Shown here in pieces: positions 51,449 through 64,000 of a DNA stretch of 64,000 nt. This DNA is from Octopus vulgaris (taxonomy: Eukaryota). A program made the translations under genes and the position numbers. The stretch spans positions 66,092,001 through 66,156,000 of the forward strand of contig OX597830.1 of assembly GCA_951406725.2 (NCBI GenBank), in the 5' to 3' direction. Position 1 is the stretch's first letter. Every line of letters begins with the position of its first letter. The notes under the pieces were generated by a model. The model was not told the DNA's origin and searched no databases. It saw only the letters and a program-made list of their open reading frames with translations.

Positions 51449-52481
51449 TGATAAATCCTGGGATTCTGACACATGGTAAAACCGCTGTGAATAAGGTATT
51501 AATACCAATTGTGGATGTGTTTTGCTTAATGAATCATGTTATACACGCTTGCACTAAAATATCTGTCACAATGTATATAAATAAAACATGTGTGTGCATG
51601 TATATATAGGCACAGGAGTGGCTGTGTGGTAAGTAGCTTGCTTACCAACCACATGGTCATGGGTTCAGTCCCACTGCGTGGCACCTTGGGCAAGTGTCTT
51701 CTACTATAGCCTCGGGCCAACCAAAGCCTTGTGAGTGGATTTGGTAGATGGAAACTGAAAAGAAGACCATCATATATATGTATATATGTGTGTCTGTGTT
51801 TCCCCCCCCCCCCCCAACATCGCTTGACAACTGATGCTTGTGTGTTTATGTACCCATAACTTAGCGGTTCAGCAAAAGTGACTGATAGGATAAGTACTAG
51901 ACTTACAAAGAATAAGTCCTGGGATCGCTGCAGTCAGATGACTGAAACAAATAAAAGGATGTTTGTGTTTGTGTGTGTGTGTGTGTGTGTTTGTTTGTTG
52001 TGTGTGTGTGTGTGTGTGTGCTTTATCCTGTTTGTATATGAATCATTACTGTGGTAGTGGTTGTTTTCCTTATGTATTTTTGTTTTTTGTTTGTTTATTC
52101 TTCAGTTACATTACATCCTATTTCAACATTTCAACAAATGGCTCTTATTAATAACATTAGATGTTACTAACTGCAGGAGAAGGCATATCACTGGTAAAAA
52201 CTCTGTGAACAAAATTTTTGTCTAAGACGCAGCGAGGATGGCCATCTGTATAAACAGTATGGTGGTGGTGTTGGTGGTTGTGGTGGCGGTGGAGAAATGG
52301 TTTTGCAGCTGCCTTGTGCATGCTGTTGTTGATTGTGGTTCTAATGCTCTTGTATCAATCTATTTTGGTGCTAACATTGGTTACAGTTAGCTCTGGGTTA
52401 TAGAAATCGTTTCATATACCTGTATGTGCATGCATGCATGTGTGTGTGTGTGTGTGTGTGTGCATTGATAAATCCTGGGAT
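49838..52481. repeat. Tandem triplication of an ~1-1.15 kb intronic segment
   Basis: The block ctttatcctgtttgtatatgaatc...aatcctgggatt starts at about 49838, 50997 and 52021. The copies are separated by SINE A sequence and (TG)n and differ by a few substitutions. Confidence 0.9.
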
Positions 52482-53544
52482 TTGTCAACACACACAAGCA
52501 CGCACACACGCGGCGAGAAACAGAAGAAAATTTGAAGAAAGAAGGAAAACAATAATAATAATAATAATAATATCATCATCAGATTGGCACTGGTTGAACA
52601 AATCCATGATCCACAGTATTTCAGATGTAACCGTCCATCTTTTTAGGGGTATGTCGTAGTTTGGGATTTGGCTGCTACTTCTTGCAGCTTGAGTGACCAC
52701 ATAGACTCCCTTGTTGGTTTGAATTATCAATCATTGTTCTGTGTGGCACATTAAGTTGCATATATTTAATTATCTCCAACCACTGCCAGGTATCAGACAG
52801 GAAGTTCCAATTTCATATCTGATAATAGACACAATTATATACAACAGATTCACTTGCTGTAACTGGCTCCTCAAGATCCTTCCTCTTTCTCTTCTACTCT
52901 CACTGCTACTTTTCATCTTCATTTATTCCTCATGACATAAGCAAATCTATAAATCTTAGCATAGGTTTTTATGGTTCAATAGCTGACTGACTGTCTTTGG
53001 CAAGGAACCTATTTAATTGTTGTGTCCAGAAATGTTTATTGGGCCACAAGTGTACTGTGTTGGCAGGTGAGAGAATGAGATCTATTTCAAACTATGTTTA
53101 ATTATCACCAATTTTGACACTAACAGCAAAAAGGGAGATGTTTTTATTATAAAATTATGTGACCATAGCCATTTTGTTTTATAGGTACAGAGAGAGCTTT
53201 TCTCTCGCTATACACACATGCAGTTGATCTGTTGTAACACTCTTGATAGCAAGTTAACAATCTATATTTCATAATAAACCCCAACAAGGTCCAGTCCTTG
53301 TTGTGTTGTATTGATTTGTGTACCTCAATGACCCTGAAAAATATGCTATGAACAAATAAGAAACTAAAAGATGGATAAGCATCACTTCATTACAGTTATA
53401 ATGTAATGTACTCATTAGTCTATTAAAGAAATCTGCTGGAAACAGCTTTAATGAAGTGGTATTTATCCGTCTTTTTATTATTTATTTATTTGGGTTTTGT
53501 GTGTGTGTGTATAATTGTCAGGCAATGCTTCATGCAAACTATTA

Positions 53545-53958
53545 TCTCTATATATATAAATGGCAAAATGTCTGTCTGTGTGTGTGTATGTGTGTATGTC
53601 CTTTATACAAATCCACAATTTTTCAGTTAGAGAGCTCGCACTTTCTATGGTCATTCAAAACCGTCCAAGGGTGGTCGTGCACATCTTTACATTTCCCCAG
53701 TCACCCCCGCAAAGCCATTAAAAAATCAATAGAAGTGACTTTTTTGTGAATTTTTCTACCCAAAACCCAATCAAAATGCCTGAAACTTGATACGCCAATT
53801 GAATGCCAGCTAGCTGTATGTGATTGGTCGGAGATTTGGACAGTACTCGCGTGTATGTGTGCACACATGCAGCTGTATATGCATGCATTAGCACTATTTT
53901 TGTTGTTTTTGTAAAATCTCAGAAAAATATGACCCGGTGTTGCCGGGTCATAGTGCTA

Positions 53959-53959
<1 letters not shown>
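53545..53959 (+). mobile_element. Non-autonomous Helitron
   Basis: A|TCTCTATATATATAAA start; hairpin tatgacccgg-tgttg-ccgggtcata; CTAG|T end. Confidence 0.88.
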
Positions 53960-53995
<36 letters not shown>

Positions 53996-54041
53996 TAATT
54001 GTCATTTGTAATGAATAGCCTCTTTATTGTTTATTTTTCAG

Positions 54042-54113
54042 TTCTTGGGTGAGAGCGAAGTCGATCAACCAAAGGGCATTGAAATCGTGAAGGATGTCAT
54101 CAGAAAGATGAAG
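54042..54113 (+). CDS. GULP1: GULP1/CED-6 coding exon (PTB domain)
   Basis: Acceptor ttatttttcag and donor aag|gtaatt. 72 nt, phase 0/0. Reads FLGESEVDQPKGIEIVKDVIRKMK (cf. recalled GULP1 [24 protein letters not shown]). Confidence 0.96.
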
Positions 54114-54616
54114 GTAATTCTACTTCACCAGTTTCTCGTCACTGTTGTCAAATCTTGTCCATGAAAGAAATTTATGAAGGAATTTAAATGAAGAAAATCC
54201 AAACGAACAAAAGATGGGTGGAAACTTACCAAAATATATTGTGCTTTGACATATTACATATTTATAGGTGGCAAATTAGCAGGGTCGTTAATGTGTCAGA
54301 TGATGTGCCTTCCAGTATTTTTTATTCTGGTGTCTGAGGTCAATTGTGCCCATCTTTGTTTCAAAATCAATCTAGTACCCATCTTGAGTGGTGCACTGAT
54401 AAAAATCAATTGTATCAAATGGAATGCTATGTGTAACTTGTTCTTATTCACTGCATTCTGAGTTCAGGTCCCTCTATAGGCTACTGAAAATGTGTGACCT
54501 AGTCATAAGGGTTTTTGAACTCATGATTTGCAACATTGTGGTTTCAATTCCAGGACCGAGTAGTATGTTGTATTCTTGAACAAGGCACTTCATTTCATAT
54601 TGCTCCAGTCCATTCA

Positions 54617-55313
54617 GCTGTAAGCAGGGACGTGCCGCCTGGGTAGGCAAGGTAGGCAGTGCCTCCTCTGAATAAAATAGATCGACAGTAACATTTTCCT
54701 TTTATGGCAAAATATGCATCGAATTCAATAAAATTATGAAGGTTACTGTTACTCTGATTACTATGCATAAAATGCAAAATATTTTACTTTTTTTATTGTT
54801 TGTTCCTTCTCAAGCCATGCCTGGCTCATAGGGCCAGTTTCCCGGTTTCCTTGGTGTATAGGTTCCCCACCTGAACAGGACGCCGGTCCTTCGCAGGTGA
54901 GCTGCAAGATGCAGGAGGAAAGAGTGAGAGATGGTTGTGGCGAAAGAGTCAGTAGAAGTTTGCCAATGCCTTCTGCCGGAGCCGCGTGGAGCTTAGGTGT
55001 TTCGCTCATAAACACACATCACCCGGTCTGAGATTCAAATCCTCGACCTTGAGTCCGCTGCTCTAACCACTAGACCATGTGCCTCTACTTTTTGTTGGTT
55101 AGGTAGGCATAATTCGCCTCTGCCTTTCAATCTCAGTATTAAAACTACACATAGGACTGCTGTAGTACACATGCCGCATACATTCCTACAACAACATTTT
55201 CTTTACGTGCTATAAAGGCAGAAGTAAATCTGTCACACGCCTGTGTTTTGCTACATAAACATCACCAACTGCCTAACCTGAGTAATTACTGACAGCACAT
55301 GCCTGGCTGTAAG
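54617..55313. mobile_element. hAT non-autonomous element with 8-bp TSD, nested in a SINE and containing a SINE
   Basis: TSD GCTGTAAG at 54617-54624 and 55306-55313; ends cagggacgtgc / gcacatgcctg; SINE inserted at about 54796-55090. Confidence 0.8.
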
Positions 55314-56048
55314 TAACCCTGCAATGGACTGGCTTCCCATTCAAAGGGTGTGTTGTGATCTCAGTTACTTATACACCATGGAAGCCAGGTAACCTGCCCT
55401 ATGAGTCATAAGACTCGAGACAATAATGCCCATAGGTTGATGATGATAAGACCTAATTGATGTTTTGAAAATTTCTAGTTTTGTAACAATTCCAACAAAG
55501 CACTTTTCTCGTGACATTATCTCGGTAATTTCTAAACATCATTCTACTTTTGTATCTTTGATTTCCTGTTTACATTTCAAACAGAAAATTACAACTGGAT
55601 TCACCGTTTACCGTCCAAGAGACCGCATATTGTTGTTCCTCATTGAAAATCACTATGCTACAATTCGGTTCCCCTTCAGCAATTCTAACAGACACACAAT
55701 AGCATTCTGATTTTCTGTCTACCATTCAATAAACTCTATTATTGTTTGGTTATCTAATCTACAATTCAATGGATACGTTGATACTTTGATCTCATTCCAC
55801 AGTTCAAACAACAACAATAAATTTCTCTTTGATTCCACACCTACAGTTTGCCAAACCTCATGTCACTATTGATTCTTCATATTCAGCTCAACACGCACTT
55901 CGTGATTCTTTGATTCTGCTCCTGCAGTTTCTTAACCCCCAACCTCATTTTATTACTAAACTATTTTATATAAAGTTCAAAGGTGACCAAAACCCTGTGA
56001 GTGAATTTGGGAAACAAAAGCTGAAAGAAGCCCATCAGTTTGCATGCA

Positions 56049-56092
<44 letters not shown>

Positions 56093-56519
56093 GAATTTTA
56101 TCTCTAATTCATATTTTATATATTTATACTGTGAAATTTGATTTAATCCTAAATCTAATTTTTCCCTGGTGCCAGTAAGGTGACGTTGGTAACGATAACG
56201 CTCGAATGGTGCTCTTTTACGTGCCACTGGCGCGGAAGCCAGTTGGCTGCTCTGGCAACGATCACACTCAGATGGTGCTCTTGGCACCCTACTAGCACGG
56301 GCACAAGTGCCAGTAAGGCGACGCTGGTAACGATCATGCTCGAATGGTGGCCTCTAAGTGCCACTGGCATGGAAGCCGGTTAGCCGCTCTGTCAATGATC
56401 ACACTCGTATGGTGCTCTTTGCACCCTGCTAGCATGGATGCCAGTCATCGAATTTGATTTCTTAACATACTTTATATTAGTCTCCAATTGTACTTGGACA
56501 TATTTTAGATTGAATGTTA

Positions 56520-56756
<237 letters not shown>

Positions 56757-58443
56757 CTATGCCCTTCCTAATGCCAAATATGTGTGTGTGTGTGTGTTGA
56801 CATCGAATGATACAGGCTGGCTCGAAATTCAAGCTACTCCTTTTACTCTTTTACTTGTTTCAATCATTTGACTGTGGCCATGCTGGAGCACCGCCTTTAG
56901 TCGAGCGAATCAACCCCAGGACTTATTCTTTGTAAGCCTTCTACTTATTCTATCGCTCTCTTTTGCCGAACCGCTAAGTTACGGGGACGTAAACACATCA
57001 CCATCGGTTGTCAGGTGATGTTGGGAGGACAAACATATACACACACACACATACATATATATGACTGGCTTCCTTCAGTTTCCATCTTCCAAATCCACTC
57101 ACAAGGCTTTGATCGGCCCGAGGCTATAGTAGAAGACACTTGCCCAAGGTGCCACACAGTGGGACTGAATCTGGAACCATGTGGTTGGTAAGCAAGCTAC
57201 TTCCCACACAGCCACTCCTGCACCTACTATTTAATTTATTTTGATGTATTAAATGGGAGAGCTGATTCTGGGCCACCCTGTAGTTGTAAATGAGTGTCAC
57301 TGTCATACAAGTTGTGTCATTCATTTCCAATATTCTGTGAAGGCGGCGAGCTGGCAGAATCGTTAGCACGCCAGGCGAAATGCTTTGCGGTATTTCATCC
57401 GCCGCTGCGTTCTGAGTTCAAATTCCGCCGAAGTCGACTTTGCCTTTCATCCTTTCGGAGTCGATAAGTTAAGTACCAGTTATGCACTGGGGTCGATGTA
57501 ATTGACTTAATCCGTTTGTCTGTCCTTGTTTGTGCCCTCTGTGTTTAGCCCCTTGTGGGTAGTAAAGAGATATATAATATCCTGTGAAAACATGATCTGG
57601 CCACGGAAATATTACCTTGCTCAGAAACCGGTGAGTGTTGTTGATAGGAAGGGCTCCTGGCCATAGAAAATCTCCCTCAACAAACACCATCCAACCCATG
57701 CAAGCATGTAAAACGGTTGTTTCCCATTGCTCCAGTCTGTTCCTCTGTAACTGAGTTTCCACCATGATCGAATGGCATCCCATTCAGGGGTCATGTTCTC
57801 AATCACTTATATGCCGTAGTAACCATGTAGCTGTTGAGTCCCAGGACTCAAGATATTGCTCAGTTTACTTACAATTCACTTGCCAAAACTTGCGGCTGTG
57901 TAGTAAGAAGCTTGCTTCCCAATCACACGGTTCCAGGTTCAGTTCCACTGTGTGGCACCTTGGGCAAGTGTCTTCTACTACAGCCTCAAGTCAACCAAAA
58001 TCTCGTGAGTAGATTTGGTAGACGGAAACTGAAAGAAGGCCATCATATGTGTGTATTTGTGTGTGTCTTTGTGTCTGTTTCCCTACCACCACCACTGCTT
58101 GACAACCAGTGTTGGTATGTTTACATCCCTGTAACTTAGTGGTTCAGCAAAAGAGACCAATGTAAGTCCTGGGCTTAAAAAAATAAGTAGTGGGGGGTCG
58201 ATTTTGTTCAACTAAAATTCTTCATGACAGTGCCTCATCATGGCCACAGTCTAACGACTCAAACAAATAAATGATATATTATACAGTTCAATATGCATCA
58301 TATTACTCTTTGATTCTACACCTAGTTTACCAAACCTCACATTACTATTAATTCTTCATTTGCAGTTACCATTATTTGTTTTTTGATTCCTCGTCTACAG
58401 TTAGACACTGTGTTGTTTTATTGTTTTGTTTTCTCATCTCCAG

Positions 58444-58542
58444 TTCAACAAACACATTAAGAAGGCAGAAGGTCAGAAACCCCCCAAAGTAGAACTTACA
58501 ATATCAGTCGATGGAGTTACTATACTGGACCCCAAAACAAAG
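58444..58542 (+). CDS. GULP1: GULP1/CED-6 coding exon (PTB domain)
   Basis: Acceptor ttctcatctccag and donor aag|gtattt. 99 nt, phase 0/0. Reads [33 protein letters not shown]; lies inside ORF 58426..58617. Confidence 0.96.
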
Positions 58543-58633
58543 GTATTTTTCTTATATTACTCACTAGAACTTTCTAGCAATAGAAGCCATTTTGCAATCT
58601 ACCTTTTAAAAACATAGACACATGGTTGACATT

Positions 58634-59201
58634 TTGGGTTGTCCGGAAAGTTAGTACCGATTTATAGTAGCTTAACTTTCGGCTTATTTTAGAACATGGT
58701 TGAGTCCATAAAATAGGATTTGACTACACCTTCATTTAGAGCACAGTTTAAGCTATTTTTTCGTGGAAGAAAGTTTATGTTCCCATAACCTGTGTTAATT
58801 CTGTAACCCTTTAAAATGGAAGATAAGAAAGTTCATTTTTGGCACTTGATGCTTTGGGAACCAGACAAAAATTGCTGCAGCTCGGCTGGGATGTGTTACC
58901 TCGACCCTCCATATTCACCTGATATTGCTCCTTCAGATTTCCACTTATTCAGGTCTCTGCAGAATAGTCTTAATGGTAAAAATTTCAATTCCTTGGATGA
59001 CGTAAAAAAGATACCGTGATGAATTCTTTGCCATGAAACCACCTCAATTCTGGGAAGAGGGTATTTTCAAGTTAAAGGAAAGATGGAGATGCATTGTGCA
59101 ATGAAATGGTTCATATTTGGTTGATTAAAAATGTAATGGCAAGTATTTATTGACCTTTTTCTTTCCTTTAAAAATCGGCACAAACTTTCCGGACAACCCA
59201 A
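58634..59201 (+). mobile_element. Internally deleted mariner element
   Basis: TIRs ttgggttgtccggaaagtt / aactttccggacaacccaa, with TA on the right. The transposase start MEDKKVHF is joined to QLGWDVL..PPYSPDIAPSDFHLFRSLQN (mariner YSPDLAP-type motif). Confidence 0.92.
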
Positions 59202-59631
59202 TACATTAACTGAAAAAATGCAGTCTGTTCAAAAACACAATGTTATTGTTTAGTCCCAAGTTGTTCTCCCTTTGACCATTCCATCTGTTTTTTAAATGGA
59301 AACTGAAAAAAGCTTGTTGTGTACATCTTGTTTTGACATTAAGTGATTATTACAAATGAATGGCATTTGTTTTCAACATTCTACAAAAACATGTCTGACA
59401 ATGGGGAGAGTATTACCTTATTTGGAAATAGGTGGGGATTGACAACATGAAGAACATCAAGTCATAGAACATCTCCCTTGGTAAACTCTGTCCTACACAT
59501 GCAAGCATGTAAAAGGGGATGTTAAAACAATGACAATGGTGTATCTAATTAATAGTAAATTATCCCTTTTGATACCAGCCTGTCAAAAACTGCCCTTGGT
59601 CCTTTGATGCAAACTTCCTGTTTTAAAGTAA

Positions 59632-59930
59632 TCTTTATATATAAAAGTGAAGTTGTGTGTCTGTCTCCTACGATTTAGATTCCTAACTACTCCCACATTT
59701 TGCGGTGCAGTTTAACCAAAAGCGGGTATCTTATAGTCGTGATTCATATCGACCCCTTCTGGGTATTAGCATGCGTCTACGATGAGTCTACAATTTAAAA
59801 AAAAATTTACCATAATTTTTTCCCATTTTTAATGCATTTTTTGCTATTGTATAAGGGAAGTAACTCTCTAAAAATGCTTATATAGTTATTTCCCTTACAA
59901 ACCCGAGCAATGCCGGGTGATACTGCTTAG
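59632..59930 (+). mobile_element. Non-autonomous Helitron nested in a TTAA-type MITE
   Basis: A|TCTTTATATATAAAAG start; cccgagcaatgccggg hairpin; CTTAG|T end. The flanks are the two halves of the 26017-type MITE. Confidence 0.8.
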
Positions 59931-60110
59931 TATTAATTAAAACTTTCCACTAAAATTTCATGTTAATTATGATTACAAAAACCCAATAAATATTGAAAAA
60001 GTTATCTTACTAATTTCATTAGTTTCAAAATAAATTGAAGCAAAGGCTGTGTTTTTCAACAGAAATATGGTAGCAAAAGGATTATTATATGTTTTTATTA
60101 TTTATTTATT

Positions 60111-60548
60111 TTAACCCGTTAGCATTCAGATTAATTTATCAAATTTAATGCTTATTTATCTACATTTTAAAAAATTAATCATGTGGTGTGTTGTAGCTTC
60201 AAGATTTTGAAGATGTGTTTGTTTATTTTTAGAATGACATTGTAGGGTAGATATGAGAGGCTGGATCTGGCCTGTTTCAACATAAAACTGGTAGAATATT
60301 TGGGTTGGATATAGCTGGCTTAACCCTTTAGTGTTCGCATTATTCTGCCAAAATTAATGCTTCTTCATCCACATTGTTTTGAATTAATCATTCATTAATC
60401 TTGTAGCTATGAAATTTTGATGAGGTAGCTGTTCATTTTTAAAACGATATTGTAGGGTTGGTGTGAGAGACCAGATCTGGCCAGTTTGAACATAAAACAG
60501 GCAGAATACTTTTGGCCGGATATGGCCGGTTTAAATGCTAAAGGGTTT
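60111..60548. mobile_element. Second TTAA MITE family (CCCTTTAGCATT...AATGCTAAAGGG), two adjacent or nested copies
   Basis: Ends ttaacccgttagcattc and gtttaaatgctaaaggg, with an internal ttaacccttta at about 60320. Relatives near 5790-6181, 17239-17410, 44176-44741 and 45395-45618. Confidence 0.7.
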
Positions 60549-61227
60549 ATGATTTAAGGGGTATTTGGTTGTTCTTTCTAGCTGATCTAGCCAGGCTTCA
60601 TTGTTGACTTGTTTGTGTGTATTGTAGTATACAGCATTGCAGTATATAGCACTGATCAACTGAAAAAAGTTTCCAGCCTTTTTACGAGCAAATTAATTAG
60701 AGTCGGTATAACTTCTTACTGTTAGTATTTTGCTTTGTATAGTCTGGCACTAACGACGGGAGCTGAGCAATTCAACACAGCCGAGAGACTGCATAGTTGT
60801 GTTGATTGATTTAATGTTTAATATGTCTGTATTGTAATTAGTAAAGATGGTGGTATATTGGTAAAACAAAAAAAAAAAAAAACAATTAAAGTAATGACAT
60901 GAATAATTAATAACATTTATATTTACATCCTGGAAGTGTCGAAGCTTTGTGATGTGAAATAAATCATTTAAAGGAGCATCTCAAAGTGGATGTGGATATA
61001 AATAACAGTATGTAATATATTGAGTTTAAGAAGAACTTCAGGTTGAAACTTTAGTGTAGTGGGTTGCACATTTGTCATTGTCATAGGAGTTGCCGGTTCA
61101 AGTCCCACCAGCAGCCTTTCACTTTTTTTTATTTTCATTTTTTTTACATCAAAACATCTTTTAACAGAATATATTTTATGCTTTTATTTATAGTTGTAAC
61201 CATTTCAAGTCTCACTTTTAGGATTTA

Positions 61228-61780
61228 CTAGCAGTATTGCCCAGCGTTGCTCGGGTTTGTTTCAACCCTTTAGAATTGGAATTTTTGAAAAATAAAAATA
61301 TGCCAAAAATTTTGCATCATGTTGCTTGTTATTCTCTTTAAGTGAACAGTTTTCTGGTTGAAATATGCCGAAAAATGGCAACACAGCAGTCAAAAATCGT
61401 AAAAAATAGGGATTTTCATAGAAAAAAAAGCACCTTTTTTATGTAAATAATTTTTGGTGTTAACATGGTCCAATTTGAATTTTTTCTTCTATGGAAGGAA
61501 GAGCAAGCCTTCTTCTATCATCATCATCATCATCGTTTAGCATCCGTTTTCCATGCTAGCATGGGTTGGACGGTTCAACTGGGGTCTGGAAAGCCAGAAG
61601 GCTGCACCAGGCCCAGTCTGATCTGGCAATGTTTCTACGGCTTGATGCCCTTCCTAACGCCAACTCTCAATTTTGGTCAACGTGCGCCGCAGGGTCTTGG
61701 AGGAGATAGTGTTAGTTGAAGGCTACCAAACTTGCCACACATACACACACAGACAACTTCAGCTTTATATAGAGAAGAGA
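61228..61780 (-). mobile_element. Non-autonomous Helitron, same family as 19469-19965
   Basis: A|CTAGcagtattgcccagcgttgctcggg...ctttatatagagaagaga|T. The body is colinear with 19469-19965. Confidence 0.85.
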
Positions 61781-62461
61781 TTTCAGATTTTCTCAATGGT
61801 TCTTCGATGTAAACAAATTTACTTTATCACTTTTGATTGAATGAAAGGGAGATCAAAGGTTCTTTTAGTGTAATGGTTAGCATGTCTGTCATGGATACAA
61901 AAGATTGCAAGTTCAAGTCTCACTGGCAGCCACAAACCCTTTTTTAACCCCCACCCCCATCTAAGGGGTTTTTTTTGTTTGTTTTTACCCAATATATTAC
62001 TGTTATTTACAGATGCATCAATTTTGAAACTTATCCTCAAACTGAAAGATTTAATTTTGAACCTCTGTGTGTGAGTTCAAACAGCACAAACATTCAACTT
62101 ATCCTATCATTCTTCCAGGATTGGTAGACTTAATCTGTCACCCATTGCAGTGCCATCATCTGGCCATTGGGTCCCTATGGCAGAATCCACTCTCTTGCAA
62201 GTATTTGGGACCAGGCCTCTCTTTTATACGATAGCAGACTGTGATATAAGAAAGATTTCATCTCTATTTTCAGGGAACCAAGTGACCATATAGAGCTTTC
62301 TCAATAGTTTTTCAGCTACTATGTAGAATATAATGTAATTTAATTAATAGCCTGTTCATCATCATTTCTTGTACTTTGTCAAGAGACATTAATATTGTAA
62401 TTAATATCACGCATTCGTCATTGAAATGTTCTGACCTTCTTTTGTTTTCTTTCGTTTCTAG

Positions 62462-62599
62462 ATCATCTTACACCAGAATCCTCTACATCGTATATCCTAC
62501 TGCGCCGATGACAAATCAGATAAACGAATGTTCACATTCATTGCCAAAGCCGCTGATTCTAATAAACATTTTTGCTATGTATTTGACAGTGAAAAATGT
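62462..62599 (+). CDS. GULP1: GULP1/CED-6 coding exon (PTB domain core)
   Basis: Acceptor tttcgtttctag and donor tgt|gtaagt. 138 nt, phase 0/0. Reads [46 protein letters not shown], with the [14 protein letters not shown] and [10 protein letters not shown] motifs of CED-6/GULP. Confidence 0.97.
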
Positions 62600-63347
62600 G
62601 TAAGTCTGAAAATTTGTGACAAATTTCTACCAAAGCTCAACATTACCTCCATTAACCATTTTGATAACAAACTATCTAAAATCACTTCTTGTTTTATGGC
62701 CCCAAAACCATTCAAAGATCATCCAGTAGAACTTGGATGGTCAGTAGAACACACTATGGCTGTGTGGTTAAGAAATTTGCTTCCCAGCCACATGGTTTTC
62801 AGTTCAATCCCATTGCATGGTTCCTTGGGTAAATGTCCTCTGCTATAGTCCCAAACTGATCAAAGCCTTGTGAATGGATTTGGTAGGTGGAAAATGAAAG
62901 AAGTCTGTCTTTCTGGCCCCTGTGCCGGTGGCACGTAAAAAACACCATCCGATCGTGGCCGTTGCCAGCCTCGCCTGGCCCCCGTGCCAGTAGCATGTAA
63001 AAAGCACCATCTGTCCGTGGCCGTTTGCCAGCTCTGTCTGGCACGTAAAAAGCACCCACTACACTCATGGAGTGGTTGGCGTTAGGAAGGGCATCCAGCC
63101 GTAGAAACACTGCCAGATCAGACTGGGCCTGGCGCAGCCTTCTGGCTTCACAGACCCCAGTTGAACCGTCCAACCCATGCTAGCATGGAAAGCGGACGCT
63201 AAATGATGATGATGATGATATATATATATATATATGTATATATTTATAAATATATATTGTATTAAGGCTTGTTTTTTATGTTTAGTTATAATAAAAACAC
63301 TTTTTTCATTACCTGAAAGGTTCCTTTATACTTCTGTAGAGAACAAA

Positions 63348-63439
63348 TTTATTCTTAAACAAAAATGTTGACAGTGACTTTGAAGTTTTGGCCTGTTAAG
63401 CCAAAGTCACTGTCAACAACATTCTTGTTTAAGAATAAA
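63348..63439. repeat. Fold-back hairpin
   Basis: tttattcttaaacaaaaatgttgacagtgactttg...caaagtcactgtcaacaacattcttgtttaagaataaa. Confidence 0.85.
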
Positions 63440-63456
63440 CTATGTATATGTGTATA

Positions 63457-63950
63457 TCATCGTTATCATCATTTAACATCCATTTTCCAAGCTGGCATAG
63501 TTCAGACAGTTTGACAGGAGCTGACCAGCTGAAGGGCTGTTCAGGTTGGCTCCATGTCTAATTTAGAATGGTTTCTATGGCTGGATGCCCTTCCTAACGC
63601 CAGCCATTTTACAGAGTGTACTGGGTGCTTTTATGCAGCACAGGCACAAGTGCTTTTTACGTAGCACCAGCACTTATGAATCCACTAGATTAGGGATGCC
63701 CAACTGGAGTGGGTTTTGCAAGGGACGAGGTTGTATGCAAGGACAACCGTGCTCTTACCTAGCTTGACATGTCTTTACAAGCACAGCAAACCGACAGGAA
63801 TCTCTGTCCCCTGTCATTCCCTCTGTGAGTCCCAATGTTTGTAGGTCCTTTCTCACCACTTCATCCCCCATCTTCTTGGGTCTACGCCTTCCACATGTCC
63901 CCCACTACAATTAAAGATAAGCACCTCTTGATGCAACTGTCTTTGTTTAT
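63457..63950 (-). mobile_element. RTE LINE 3' fragment
   Basis: (CAT)n tail and UTR leading into the GRRRPKKM...VVRKDL C-terminus on the minus strand. Similar to 17415-17810. Confidence 0.7.
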
Positions 63951-64000
63951 GGATGGAAGCACTCCGTCGGTTATGACGACGAGGGTTCCGGTTGATCCAA

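Noticed and set aside
58816-59019. Mariner ORF as a functional or domesticated transposase
   Set aside because: A large internal deletion, frameshifts and stops leave only 67 aa.

Overview
AT-rich, repeat-dense animal DNA. The SINE families and microsatellite load suggest a cephalopod, probably Octopus; this is an inference. Only one host gene is supported: four + strand coding exons of a GULP1/CED-6 PTB-domain engulfment adaptor (35668-35729, 54042-54113, 58444-58542, 62462-62599), separated by large introns. Its first coding exon is uncertain and its 3' exons lie beyond the window. Most of the rest is transposon-derived: at least three tRNA-headed SINE families, an RTE-type LINE remnant plus many (CAT)n-tailed 3' fragments, non-autonomous Helitrons, TTAA-flanked MITEs, hAT MITEs, and mariner and Tc1/maT remnants. 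Nearly all ORFs in the supplied track are spurious read-throughs of these repeats. The most unusual signal is RNA structure: a set of hammerhead-ribozyme motifs. It includes an apparently intact type I hammerhead on the gene's sense strand at 33931-33990, a TSD-flanked head-to-head dimer of a tRNA-headed, hammerhead-tailed short element at 8481-9014, and several degenerate hammerheads in fold-back elements. Together these suggest Penelope/retrozyme-type self-cleaving retroelements. All structures were read by eye and none was computed.
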